Shown here piece by piece: positions 1-12,600 of a stretch of DNA of 64,000 nt. A program made the position numbers and the translations under genes. The notes under the pieces are model-generated. The model was not told the origin of the DNA. It ran no database searches and was given only the letters and a program-made list of their open reading frames with translations. Each line of letters starts with the position of its first letter. Position 1 is the stretch's first letter. Source of the stretch: Macrostomum lignano (taxonomy: Eukaryota). Location: contig NIVC01000136.1 of the NCBI GenBank assembly GCA_002269645.1, positions 310,001 to 374,000 of the forward strand, in the 5' to 3' direction.

Positions 1-745
1 TGATGATTCTCTAGTGGGCTGATGTCGTTATAACGGATGGCAAGCTCAGTTCTAGCATTGATTTGGTAGGTGTTGTTGTAGCCCGGGTGGTCAAGGTCGT
101 GGCAAATCGCGGCCGTGATGAGGATGCCCAGATCCTCCTTGGGCAGCAGAGAGTCCAGGCCGCACAGGTGAATCATGCCGTACATCATTTGCGACACACA
201 GAAGCAGTGGCGAAAGTTGTGGAACGGGTTGTTCCGATAGTTGGCCTGGATGCACAGCTGTGTGTCGAATTATACTTTTGACTTTTAGCAACTCAGTAGC
301 AATTTTGATCGATTAAAAACTAAACAAAACGACTGAAAACTAAAGCCTAAACAAAAATTGATCACAAGATAGCTCGCTCTAGAATCCTCAATCCTTGTTC
401 TAAAAATAGCCTTCTTCAATAATTAGAGGGCATTGCGTTCTGAGTGAAGACGTCATTAGCTAACTTTTTGTGGAAGGCTAGACTGTTGAGCAGAAGACTT
501 ACCAGCCAGCGTTTCAGAGTCACCGGGTTCATGTTGAACTCTTGCAGCAGATCCAGCTCGTGATACATGTGCTCCAATAGACTGAGCATCTGAAAGAATT
601 GCGTGTACGGTTTTTAAATTATTAGTAAATTAGTGCGGCTTATGGTACAATCAGGTTTTTAAGCATCAGTTATCAAGCTTACTTCGTTTGGTTCCCAGTG
701 CCAATTATCGAACGTTGGCTTTTTAAGGTACTCGACTGTTCTCAT
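1..745 (-). CDS. PDE9: 5'-truncated duplicate of the PDE9-like gene (catalytic-domain exons; continues left of the window)
   Basis: 1-740 is identical by eye to 11687-12426 (offset 11686). Exons 683-745 ([21 protein letters not shown]), 503-589 ([29 protein letters not shown]) and <1-257 ([26 protein letters not shown]...[10 protein letters not shown]). The ATG at 745-743 lies in non-duplicated junction sequence. Expression is unknown. Confidence 0.8.
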
Positions 746-1828
746 TCTCGGCCGACTTTAGAATTACGAAGGAAGACCACATAGAGGAGACGAGCTCTAC
801 AGACCCGCCCGACAAAGAAGAGGAGCCCGCACCAGTAAGTGATCAATGAATTCTGTTCCCAGGCCTGAGGTCTGGAAGTGGGAGTTTACGAGTGACTGAT
901 CACCACTCTTTAACATTTCTTTAAGTTCAATCTTTGTAACAGTGAGTTCAATGCTGTTTATTAATTTTTTTATTACTAAAATACAATAGATATGGCTGGT
1001 TTTATTTAATAAAACATACAAATAATACGATAAACAATCACTATCGAGGGTCCAGACGAGCGCAGTTGCCTTGTTGCCATGCCTTCAAGAGGCCGACGGC
1101 GTCACCCTGATGACAGACTGAATAAGAGTCTGGCTGAGGAGGTACCAGCCGTTGAGGTTTTCTCATTATTGAGATTCTGACATGGGCGTAAAAGGGTGCA
1201 TTAAATACGCCGGCGCCCTTGGGAAGAATCCGAAAATCCGGAAAATTTGTTCGGGATGAGAGGAAAATCAGCGTTAGAAGTTTTAATTCTAAAACAACCC
1301 CGATATCTAAAGAAACCGGAACTATCAAGAATTACCTGTATTACCTGAATTATCTGGGCCAATGTACAAGATAATACGGCTTGCGCTGCAGATTGAAGAA
1401 ATCTAAAAAGACAAACTTTGACACAGTTCGCACTGCAGACGAAAAAAAACAAAACGCAAAACATTTTCGACACGACATGCAGTGTAAACAGAAACTCCTG
1501 CAGCGAGGCAGGTAAAATTGATGCGCTGCATGGCGCAAAGGCTGCGAGTGACGCATGCAGTGCCTCGGGATTCCAGACACTGTCTGGCAGAGATAAAAGT
1601 GCATTTAGTCGCGGGATTCTGGCCAACCGAATCCCCAGCTGAGGCAAACAGTCTGATGCAAATCCCAAACCGCGTGACGCGTCTGGAATGCAAAGTGCAG
1701 CCTGCAGTCACGTGAAATTTATCCGATAGGCAGGGAATGCTTCTTCTGTAAATAAATGCAGCCATTTTACAGAATGCAGCTGCAATCCTCAGCTTACCGA
1801 TACAACAACGAAAGGTGAACTTGACTCG

Positions 1829-4800
1829 ATGCAGCGCTTTCAGTTGCGAGTTTCTGCAGCGTTGGCTCTGCTGCTCTGCTCGCTGGCAGCCGGCCAGGTC
1901 TCCCAGTGCGCTCCCGCTGACTCTCCGCGGCTCCGCTTCGTGGCGCAGCTCAGCGTGAACGGCTGCGCGCTGTTCGTGCACGACACGGGAGCGAGCGACG
2001 GTCCGCACTTGGCAGTCGAGCCGCTCATGTGAGTGACGGACAGCCTGAGAGGCATTGTTCCCCGATTCGACTTCATCACCCAGCAGCTGTACTTCAGCGT
2101 TCCTGTATTGATGAGGGATGCTGGAATGCTCGCAGAGGCTCAGCGTCAACTGCGGCATCTGTCACCGAGGTCTGTGAGCTTCGCCACGGTGACCAACATC
2201 AGCGTCTTAGCCGACAACCGCTCATCGGTTCGGGTTTTGGGCTTCCTGTGGACTCCGGATGAGCCAGTAGCCACTCTGAGACTCGGCTTCAAAAGGATTG
2301 TTGTCAAGACCGATTCAAGTAAAGCTTCAGGTTCAAGAATTTTACAGGAAAGTTTACCTCTCCAGTTCTTTCAATCAGTGTATAACCAGCTGAAGCGCAG
2401 TGATGACTTTGGAAGCTCACCACAAGAGGCTCTTGAAAAGGTGAAGATATCAGCTTTTATCATTTCGAACGGATCTTGTCATGAGGTTCAGAGCCGCGTC
2501 ATGCTGCAAAACGACAGCTTCATCGAAGTCGGCTTGTACAGGAAAAAATTCTTACCCGTGTGCCGACAGCTGCGGTTCATTCGCTACGTCAAACTCGAGA
2601 ACTGCTCTGCCCGAGTGCACCAGAGACTCGACATCAAAGGCCACTTCCTCATCGAGCCTCTGCTGTGCCACAACATCTCCAGCTTGAGCAGCGAGTCAGT
2701 CAGGTATGACTACAGCCGAGACATGCACTACCTGAAGCTGGATCTGGTGCTGCAAGATGAGGCCACACGCGATGCTGTGAGGACTCAGTTGGCCGACTTG
2801 TCGCCTCGCTCGGTCGATTTCATGCGGCTGTGGACTGCTGAGAGATCGGTGAGCTCTTCGTTGAGTGCTCGGTTCGAGGTCGGTCCGCTGATGGCGTCGG
2901 CAGACTGGAGATCCGCTCAGCTGCGGCTGCTCTGCGGAACCTTGACGAAGTGCCGCGATCTCAGGTTGGTTGGAATTTTCTGAGGGGTTTTCAGCTTTTA
3001 TTGCACCAGATTCAAAAAAGAGTTTACTTTCTAGACTCTCTTTACTTCACAGGACTTCTTGAGTGTTTGCAAGAGTAATACAAAATCCCTTTTCGTGTCA
3101 GCTTGGTTGCTATTGAGCGATCAGATCAGGCTATCAATGCTTTTGTATTGGTTTTTTTTTTCTTTTTTAAATTTTTTTGGCGTTCAAAAATGGATTTGAC
3201 AATATCCAGGTCTGCTGTGCTGGCGGAGCCCGCTGACCTGTGGCGACACTTGCAGTGGCGGGTGACATCGCTGGTTGCTGAGCAGTGCATCTCCAAGTCC
3301 AGCCAAATCACTTCATCATGGAGAATGAAAGCGTCTGAAGGTGCAGTCAGCTGCTCCAGTCTGAAGTCCTGCGTCAGACTGCACAGCGCCTCTGCTCCAC
3401 GCACAGCGGCGTTTCAAATCCTGCCAGACGGTCGCTGCTTCGTGAAGTTTCAGCAGCGACTTACTGGCAGAGTGAGTTTCCAACGAAGCTGGACTGAGTA
3501 CGAGACTGGCTTCGGTGACAGCACTGACTTCTGGATTGGTGAGCGGCGTTTGTGTATCAGCTAATATTGTGTGACGGAGGGTTGGTAGCAGATCTTGTTA
3601 ATCTTATGGTGAAATTATGGTTGATTCATGCACTTTCAACTGACGTAATACGGACTGAAAGATTAACTGCCCGGCTAAATAAAAAAGTTAAGTTGAAATT
3701 GCGCCATGATGGCAATGGTCAACACTGGCCTTTTCCGCCTGATTGGCGTTTCGGGTCCTTATTTTTGGTCTTTGGTTTTTTATACAGCTAGGACTATCAA
3801 TGCCAAATAGTTTTTTTTCAGATGACTAAAATTTCATCCAGGACTCATCAATGAAAAGTATTTGACACTCCGTCCAGACAACGAAAATGTCGAAAAATGG
3901 AAGTCCCAAAGCTACTTTAAAGCATAAGGCAGTAGACAGCGGTTCAGTCCAGCCAGAGCAGCACCAGCCAGAGCAGCACCAGCCAGAGCAGCACCAGCCA
4001 GAGCAGCACCAGCCAGAGCAGCACCAGCCAGAGCAGCACCAGCCAGAGCAGCACCAGCCAGAGCAGCACCAGCCAGAGCAGCACCAGCCAGAGCAGCACC
4101 AGCCAGAGCAGCACCAGCCAGAGCAGCACCAGCCAGAGCAGCACCAGCCAGAGCAGCACCAGCCAGAGCAGCACCAGCCAGAGCAGCACCAGCTAGAGCA
4201 GCACCAGCCAGAGCAGCACCAGCCAGAGCAGCACCAGCCAGAGCAGCACCAGCCAGAGCAGCACCAGCCAGAGCAGCACCAGCCAGAGCAGCACCAGCCA
4301 GAGCAGCACCAGCCAGAGCAGCACCAGCTAGAGCAGCACCAGCCAGAGCAGCACCAGCCAGAGCAGCACCAGCCAGAGCAGCACCAGCCAGAGCAGCACC
4401 AGCCAGAGCAGCACCAGCCAGAGCAGCACCAGCCAGAGCAGCACCAGCCAGAGCAGCACCAGCCAGAGCAGCACCAGCTTCTACGAGTACAACCATCGTT
4501 GCAGTTTTTGCGTATATTTCTATGAAGTTTACATAAAAAACCTTGTTCCCCGACTCAAAACATTAGCTAGTAAATTTTGCGCTGTTCACGTCACGTATAA
4601 TATTAATGGCCTCATGAGGCCTTATGATAGGTACATGGCGTACTTAAGAAAGGTTAGAACTTATTGACTTATAAAAAAAATCCAAAAAAAATTCCTTTCG
4701 TGCGCGCCCTTCTACGAGAAATTTATCTGAGTCGCAGTCAAGTTTCCGAAGCGATGCATTCAGATGACATTTCGCTTCAGTCCTGGCCTGATACAATTAA

Positions 4801-5435
4801 AACCCGTCTTGAAGTCTCAGAACAGCCGGCCACTCATCTGGGATATCAGAAGACTTTGAATGGATAATTTAGTCAGTAAACGAATTTAGCTGCACCATCT
4901 GCTATGGAACGCACATTGTAAAAATATTATCTCAGGATCCAAATGACGAATCACCTGACAGCAGCGGCAACTAGCCGAGCAGAAGTGACTCAGACTCAGC
5001 CGCTCACCTCCCGCAGGTCTCTACGCCATCCACTCGCTCAGCCAGGGCGGCGCCACCCTCAGAGTGGAGATGAAGCTGTGGAACGGCTCTGAGCTGCATG
5101 CGGAGTACGCGGGATTCCAGGTGGGAGACGCCAGCACTGGGTATCGGATGACGTACCGAGAGATGCCGAGGGACAGGTTAAATGTCAGCTATGTCGCTTT
5201 GGAGAACAGCAAAGGCATGCGGTTCTCTACGATGGACAGGGACAATGACGTACACAGAGGAATCTCATGCTCAAACAGATAGGGAAAAGCAGGCTGGTGG
5301 TTTAATGCTTGTCTACACGTCAACCCTAACGGACTTTTTCCTTCGCGGGAGACAACAGATGGCAGCTATATCGTCTGGAACTCTGGCTCTGTCTGGCTGC
5401 TTCTTCGTGAAGTGCGGCTGATGCTGCAGATTTGA
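1829..5435 (+). pseudogene. Secreted fibrinogen-related domain (FReD) protein gene with two in-frame stops (probable pseudogene)
   Basis: join(1829-2964, 3210-3538, 5017-5435), phase-consistent GT-AG introns, 628 codons. Signal peptide MQRFQLRVSAALALLLCSLAAG. FReD motifs FQQRLTGRVSFQRSWTEYETGFGDSTDFWIG|LYAIH, FSTMDRDND and GWWFNAC...NPNG. In-frame TGA at 2030-2032 and TAG at 5280-5282. Confidence 0.85.
3947..4476 (+). repeat. 15-bp minisatellite (CCAGCCAGAGCAGCA)n, ~35 copies, in FReD intron 2
   Basis: Near-perfect tandem array; it generates the spurious (EQHQP)n, (AGAAL)n and (LVLLW)n ORFs. Confidence 0.97.
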
Positions 5436-5811
5436 GCATCAACAATTGAGCAACTCAGCGGCGCACTCTGTTGATTCAGATACTGATTTTCGGACTTATG
5501 CCAAACATTATTGGGAGACTAACAAGCCTGCTGCTGCTAATTATTACCTGCAAAACATGGATTATTACGTCTCCCTGATTGCAAGAGTTTTACTGACTGA
5601 AAACACTCGAGCGCATAAAAAGTGAAACCAATATTTATACACAATAAACTCATTTTAATAGACGCAAACTTTATTAATAAGCAAATTATAAAAGGCTGAA
5701 TACTTCAACTAAGAAATCTGAGCAGCTACTCACTTTATTCATACGGCCAAATGGTCGCGAATTTCTTTTTAAATTCACTTTTTACACTGGAATTTTAGTA
5801 ATGATTTTTTA

Positions 5812-6060
5812 TGAGCACCAGCCAGAGCAGCACCAGCCAGAGCAGCACCAGCCAGAGCAGCACCAGCCAGAGCAGCACCAGCCAGAGCAGCACCAGCCAG
5901 AGCAGCACCAGCCAGAGCAGCACCAGCCAGAGAAGCACCAGCCAGAGCAGCACCAGCCAGAGCAGCACCAGCCAGAGAAGCACCAGCCAGAGCAGCACCA
6001 GCCAGAGCAGCACCAGCCAGAGCAGCACCAGCCAGAGCAGCACCAGCCAGAGCAGCAGCA
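5812..6060 (+). repeat. Second copy of the 15-bp minisatellite, ~16 copies
   Basis: Same unit as 3947-4476, with a few GAGAAG variants. Confidence 0.95.
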
Positions 6061-6199
6061 GTCGTGGCAGCACCGGCCGACTCAGTTCTTCAGCTGATGC
6101 TTGCAACTGACTGACTCATAAATTAATTTTGTCTTAGACTTCTCCTTACTTCTTCTTTACCTTAGATTTTTTCATTTAGTCAAGTTTGCGAACAGAAGT

Positions 6200-6740
6200 A
6201 TTTAGATGACATTTCGCTTCAGTACTGACCTGATACAATTAAAAACCCGTCTTGCAATCTCGGAACAGCCGGCCGCTCAGCTGGGATATCGGAAGGCTTA
6301 AAATGGATAGTTTAGGCAATTAACAAATTTTAATTTAGGCAATCCAGGTAGGAGACGCCAGCACTGGGTATCGGATGACGTACCGAGAGATGCTGAGGGA
6401 CAGGTCAAGTGTCAGCTGGGATGCTTTGGAGCTCAGCAAAGACATGCGGTTCTCCACGATGGACAGGGACAATGACGTATGGGATGCTGGTTCATGCTCC
6501 AATAAATATGGAAAAGGAGGCTGGTGGCTTTAACGCTGCCATCAATTCAACCCTAACTGACTTTATCCTTCAGGGGATTTAGCACATCACAGGAATACGG
6601 TCAGGCACTCTGGCTCTGCCTATCGAACTTTTCGTGAAATGAGGCTGATGCTGCAGAGTTGAGAATCAAAAATTGAGCAACTCGTTGGCGCACTCTGTTG
6701 ATTCAAATACAGATTTTTCGGATTAATGCTAAAACAAGCT
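6200..6740 (+). pseudogene. Decayed partial duplicate of FReD intron 2 plus last exon
   Basis: 6200-6320 matches 4760-4880. 6345-6662 encodes QVGDASTGYRMTYREMLRDRSS...FSTMDRDNDVWDAGSCSNKYGKGGWW, followed by a frameshift (CTT TAA) and a TGA in place of GGA. Confidence 0.85.
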
Positions 6741-6984
6741 GTTGAAAGCCGCGGATTTTGAACCCAGGGAATTTTTCAATCCCAGGAACTATTTTTGCAT
6801 GTATTCTTAAATCTGAGGCCATACTCAAACAAAACTTGTTAATAGTTATTAGGATAGAGGTAAACAAAATGGAGTCCATTCGTATAAAATTTGAATTTGA
6901 GGCAAATATTGATATTGTTGGTTGGGCTTAAAATATTAAGATAATTGAATTAAGATACTAATTCATGCTCATACAGATGGCGCA

Positions 6985-7345
6985 TAGGAGGCTGGTGGCT
7001 TAGAGACTGCCGTCAAACCAACCTAACGGACTTTCTCCTTTGCCAGGGCCAGCAGATATGGCTGGCACTCTGGCTTTGTCTGGCTGTCTCTTCGTGCAGT
7101 GCGGCTGATGCTGCAGATTTGAGCAGCAAAAATTGAGCAACTCAGTAACGCACTCTGTTGACTCAAATATGGTTTTTTCTCGGATAACTGCCAGACATTA
7201 AGTACGACTAATACTTTTGCAAATTATGAGTCACATATTATCGATTTTTTCGATATCTTTCTGATTGCAAGAGTTTTACCTACTGAAAATAGTCGAGCGC
7301 ATAAAGAAACTGAAAACAATATTTTTCGTGATTTTTAACTCAATA
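6985..7345 (+). pseudogene. Third fragment of the FReD 3' end and 3' flank
   Basis: GGAGGCTGGTGG...CGGCTGATGCTGCAGATTTGA, with flanks matching 5434-5660. Confidence 0.75.
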
Positions 7346-8483
7346 AAATCATATTTTCAACCATAAGCTAATTCAAAAAAGTAAAACATCCAAATAAACA
7401 AACGTTTTTCGTAAGTCTCAGCCAGTTTAAAAATTTTACACTCGAATTTTCCACGAATTTAAAAACAAACCAAAAGCCTCAATGCTTTGTTGCTACGGAG
7501 CGCATGAGGCTTTTTTGAAGTGTTGCTTTTCTGATAGAATTTGATCGATTTTCTGGTTTTTTTGCTTCTTGCCAATGAGGCACGCAGACTCATTTTTTTG
7601 TATTCACAGCTTTATCGATAATCAATAAATAATCAATAATCAATAAATAATAATCAATAATCAATATTCAATAGTATATAATAATCAATAGTATATATAA
7701 TCAATAAAGAATTGAACCAGATTGAAGTGCGGAAAAGTGCTTTTATTGTTGGTGATGTGCAGGATCAAAAAATACCACCAATCAATTTTAATTTATTTGC
7801 GTTGACATATTTGCTATTGTCATGAGCGCTACTCAATGCCTGTCTACTGCATCTGGTCTCATATGCATTCTACGAACTTACAAAAGTAAAATGTACTATT
7901 TAAATTCTGAGCTGTAGATTTCACTTTAAATTATAGTGTCAAAATAGAAGATTGCAATAAAGCATACGGTAGGTAAACATAAACATGGTGTGGAGTCCAG
8001 GACTAATGTGCTCTATATACAAACTTATCGTCATTTTTCCAGTGCTGGAATGTTGGAGCCGGTGGGTAGGTTTTTACTTGAACTAATTGTAATTCGGTAA
8101 AGTGTATAATAGTCTTCACCAGACATACATGGTAAAACAAAATCGCACAACAGTTCTACTGTAAAGTGCAGATGAAGCAAGTTCAGTTCAGCTTCGTCTC
8201 GCTTCGAACCGCTCGTGAGCAGTAAAATTCGCAGAAAAATTTCACTTTTCTTCAGCTGTTTGCTGCTGTTCCTGCAAGTTGGGAATAAATTTGATTTAAA
8301 ATTAGATTAATAAGGAATCTTACTACATATATCAGCTTGTCGCTTTTATAACATATTTTACAGCTGGATGTGTCAAGGCCGAAATCTGCACAGTGGAAGG
8401 ACTAAATGTTTAATTTCATGGAAATATGAAAATGACGACTGTTCTTACCTTTTTTAACGTGGTTTGGAACAAAAGGGAGCCGG

Positions 8484-9053
<570 letters not shown>

Positions 9054-9373
9054 TACAAGTCGTCTTAAATTAAATAAACTGCAATTCAAGCGGTAAAACT
9101 GCGAAAGCGGCCCCTATGTGCTTCAAAATCTGTTCAAGTGAAAGATGGAGCAGACTCCACAGCTGCCTCTATCAAAGCTTCATGGCATCGGCATGCATTG
9201 GGTGCAGGAAAATCGGTCCTGGTTACAAATCATAAGCGGCTATACAACACAGACACAAATCAGCCTATGAAGATCATTTAAACGTCTCTACCAGGTGTAG
9301 TGTTGAAATTTTGGCTCTGAATCACAACTGATTGCTGCTATCGACTAAAGAGTAGCTAAATGAAATAGCAAAC

Positions 9374-9448
9374 CTGTTTCAGCTTCTCGTAGTGGTCAAG
9401 AGAACTCTTCAGTGGCGTCACCATGACTTCCGTGATGCGAGGGAACGG
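9374..9448 (-). CDS. PDE9: Alternative (duplicated) PDE9 exon B: PFPRITEVMVTPLKSSLDHYEKLKQ
   Basis: tacatttggcag acceptor, 75 nt (phase 0 to 0), GT donor (gtttgc). Homologous to exon A at 9986 ([26 protein letters not shown]). Confidence 0.7.
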
Positions 9449-9698
9449 CTGCCAAATGTACGTAGTTATTTAATAGTGTGACAGCCGGGTTGCGTTGCAC
9501 AGTATTCATGAAAATGTAAATAAAAATCTTTACGAGTACTTTTCTACGTAGAGACTACTCAAAAAGACGGTGCACTTTCAAACCGTGAACATTCACTGAC
9601 TGTTGCTGCTCCACGAGGTACATACTAATCGGCTTCGGTTTTCTTGAATATTTATCTTGGGAAATAATCATCTATGCTTGTTTTGACGTTTAAACGTT

Positions 9699-12600
9699 TC
9701 ATTTACCTACTGCACAGTAGAGCAAAGCAAGTTCTAACAGAAAGGAAAGCGGTAACATTGGGATGATCAGCTTTGAAACTTCACATGAGTCATTTTTCAA
9801 AGCTCTATGATTTTGATAGTCCTTCCACTGTTGATTCGGCCAGTCTGCTAGCAAATAAACTGTTTCAAAACCCTTCGGCTGTCTTGCCTGCTTTCGTCTG
9901 GCTTCCTCTTGCTCTTTGAGTGTCTCGTACTTGTGCAGAGAGGATTTCAGCTGCTGCACCATGGAGTCCGAGAGCGCGGGGAAGAGCTGATGAGTGCGAC
10001 AGGAGTTGGATGGGTGCTCAGACGTCAGACACTGTCGTTGAACTGAGATGGCCTTATGTAGCTGAGGTCAGTACTGACATCATTTCTGTCTATGAGCTTC
10101 ATATTCACTAATCCTCTCAACAGATATCCAACCCATCCCTTTTGATTTCAAGTCTTAAGTCATAGAAGGTTTGTGTTCTTTGTATCGGGTTGTATCCTAA
10201 TGGTTAGACTCAGAAAAATTTGTGCCTAGCATTATCAGCATTAGCTGGAGTAATTACGAGTGTGTCTGGCGACCCTCCAGTCATTGGACTGAACAGCCGT
10301 ACGCAGCGCAGATGCACCGCGCAAGCGTTTCGGCTGAGCTGTCGGTTGCCCATATGCACACTGAGCAGGTGTAGTACTAGTAATTCAATCAACAATTATT
10401 TGACTATAAGAAAGGAAGAACAACGCTTTTGTTTAAACTGGCTACAGTTTGTGAAGTGAGAACAAAACAGCCGCAGTTGATACAAATGAATGTTAAGTTT
10501 TGTGTCTTTCATGTCGCCTTATCCCTTATCCGACTGCAGTGCAAGCTACATGCAGGGTACCAAAATTATAATGACCTCACCGTATCTCAGCCTCACCTTA
10601 GCAACCGCCTCAAACATTGGAATGAGTACGAATCGGATGAAACCAATCTGAGCTGTTGGCTTTGTCACCTTCTCTCGGTCCATGAAGGGGGCCACGGGTA
10701 GGCCTTCGATTTTTTCTCGATCCGACTGATGTCAAAAAATGTTTTGAAACGTTGGTGCAGTGACTTTCTACTCATGGTTACGTATAGTAGTATGTTTCAC
10801 TCGCAAAGTGGCTGGCTGATTAATTGAACTAACCTGATTAAAATACTCCTCCAGCAAGCAGTCGACCCATGGCTCGCTGACCTCCATTGGGCGAACTTCA
10901 TTGGAGATGTCGCAGCACTTGATCAGCACCATTTTCAGCTGCGAAAATGCAGAATAGCTGTGATACATAAATGCGACTGGAAGTCCTATGAACTCTGTCT
11001 AAACTAAAATCTGAATGCAGCGTGAACTCACCGTGTCCAAGTGATCCTTCTTGGAGAAATCGAAGCCCTCCTCAGTGCGCTTCTTGAAGTTCTCCAGGAT
11101 CTCAGCGTGTCGAGCCATGTCGGTGGCCAGAATCAGCATCGTCATGCCCTGGGCATTAATTGATAAAGACAGTTAGTCAGTTCGCTCGGGGGCTGTAGTG
11201 TGGGCAGTCAGTCGGCAGTCTATCCGTAGGCAGTGCAAGCAGTTACGCCATGGCACGCGCCCACACTGGGTGTACAGACGCCTTGATTTTCTCTATTTTC
11301 AGACACGTTCACACGTACACTCTCTGTGTTTGGAGGCTTGGCTTTCACGTTAATTTTGCAACAAGTTACAGGCCAATTTAATCAAATTTTACTTAAAAAA
11401 TAAATTCATTCGAAAGTAAACAAGGGCCGCTTGATAAATACTCGTATTATTGTAAACTTGCATCCACACTCCTCTCAAGAGTTCGCCTCTTGATTTGGCC
11501 ATCACGAGCACGAGTCGAGGATTCCCTAGGATTACAGCTTTTTTAATTATTTAGAAACTTTTGTTTTACCAAGAGAGATAACAATAGCTTGTACTAACCT
11601 TGCGAATACGCTGAAAGGCCTCCTTGTCTACATTGGCGAATATATTGGTCTCCGGATTGTTGAGTATCTGGAAAGCCACAGCGCAGTGATGATTCTCTAG
11701 TGGGCTGATGTCGTTATAACGGATGGCAAGCTCAGTTCTAGCATTGATTTGGTAGGTGTTGTTGTAGCCCGGGTGGTCAAGGTCGTGGCAAATCGCGGCC
11801 GTGATGAGGATGCCCAGATCCTCCTTGGGCAGCAGAGAGTCCAGGCCGCACAGGTGAATCATGCCGTACATCATTTGCGACACACAGAAGCAGTGGCGAA
11901 AGTTGTGGAACGGGTTGTTCCGATAGTTGGCCTGGATGCACAGCTGTGTGTCGAATTATACTTTTGACTTTTAGCAACTCAGTAGCAATTTTGATCGATT
12001 AAAAACTAAACAAAACGACTGAAAACTAAAGCCTAAACAAAAATTGATCACAAGATAGCTCGCTCTAGAATCCTCAATCCTTGTTCTAAAAATAGCCTTC
12101 TTCAATAATTAGAGGGCATTGCGTTCTGAGTGAAGACGTCATTAGCTAACTTTTTGTGGAAGGCTAGACTGTTGAGCAGAAGACTTACCAGCCAGCGTTT
12201 CAGAGTCACCGGGTTCATGTTGAACTCTTGCAGCAGATCCAGCTCGTGATACATGTGCTCCAATAGACTGAGCATCTGAAAGAATTGCGTGTACGGTTTT
12301 TAAATTATTAGTAAATTAGTGCGGCTTATGGTACAATCAGGTTTTTAAGCATCAGTTATCAAGCTTACTTCGTTTGGTTCCCAGTGCCAATTATCGAACG
12401 TTGGCTTTTTAAGGTACTCGACTGTTTCTTGCGACAAAATGTACTGAAATCGATTAGAAATTCATGGAGTTTGTTTAGAAATGTTTCAAAAGAAGCAGGG
12501 GGCTGTGTGCACCCATAAGCAAAATTGTCACACAACCGGCGAGAAGCATCACTACACAGACTCCCCTGAGCAGGCACACAAGCGCGCGGATACGTACTCA

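Noticed and set aside
741-1700. Short ORFs of 66-155 aa between the duplication junction and the FReD gene
   Set aside because: No recognisable motifs, mostly non-ATG starts, and no consistent splice model.
3887-4525. 212-aa (EQHQP)n ORF with an ATG start, and the antisense (AGAAL)n ORF
   Set aside because: Lies inside FReD intron 2 and is simply the 15-bp minisatellite, which is open in several frames.
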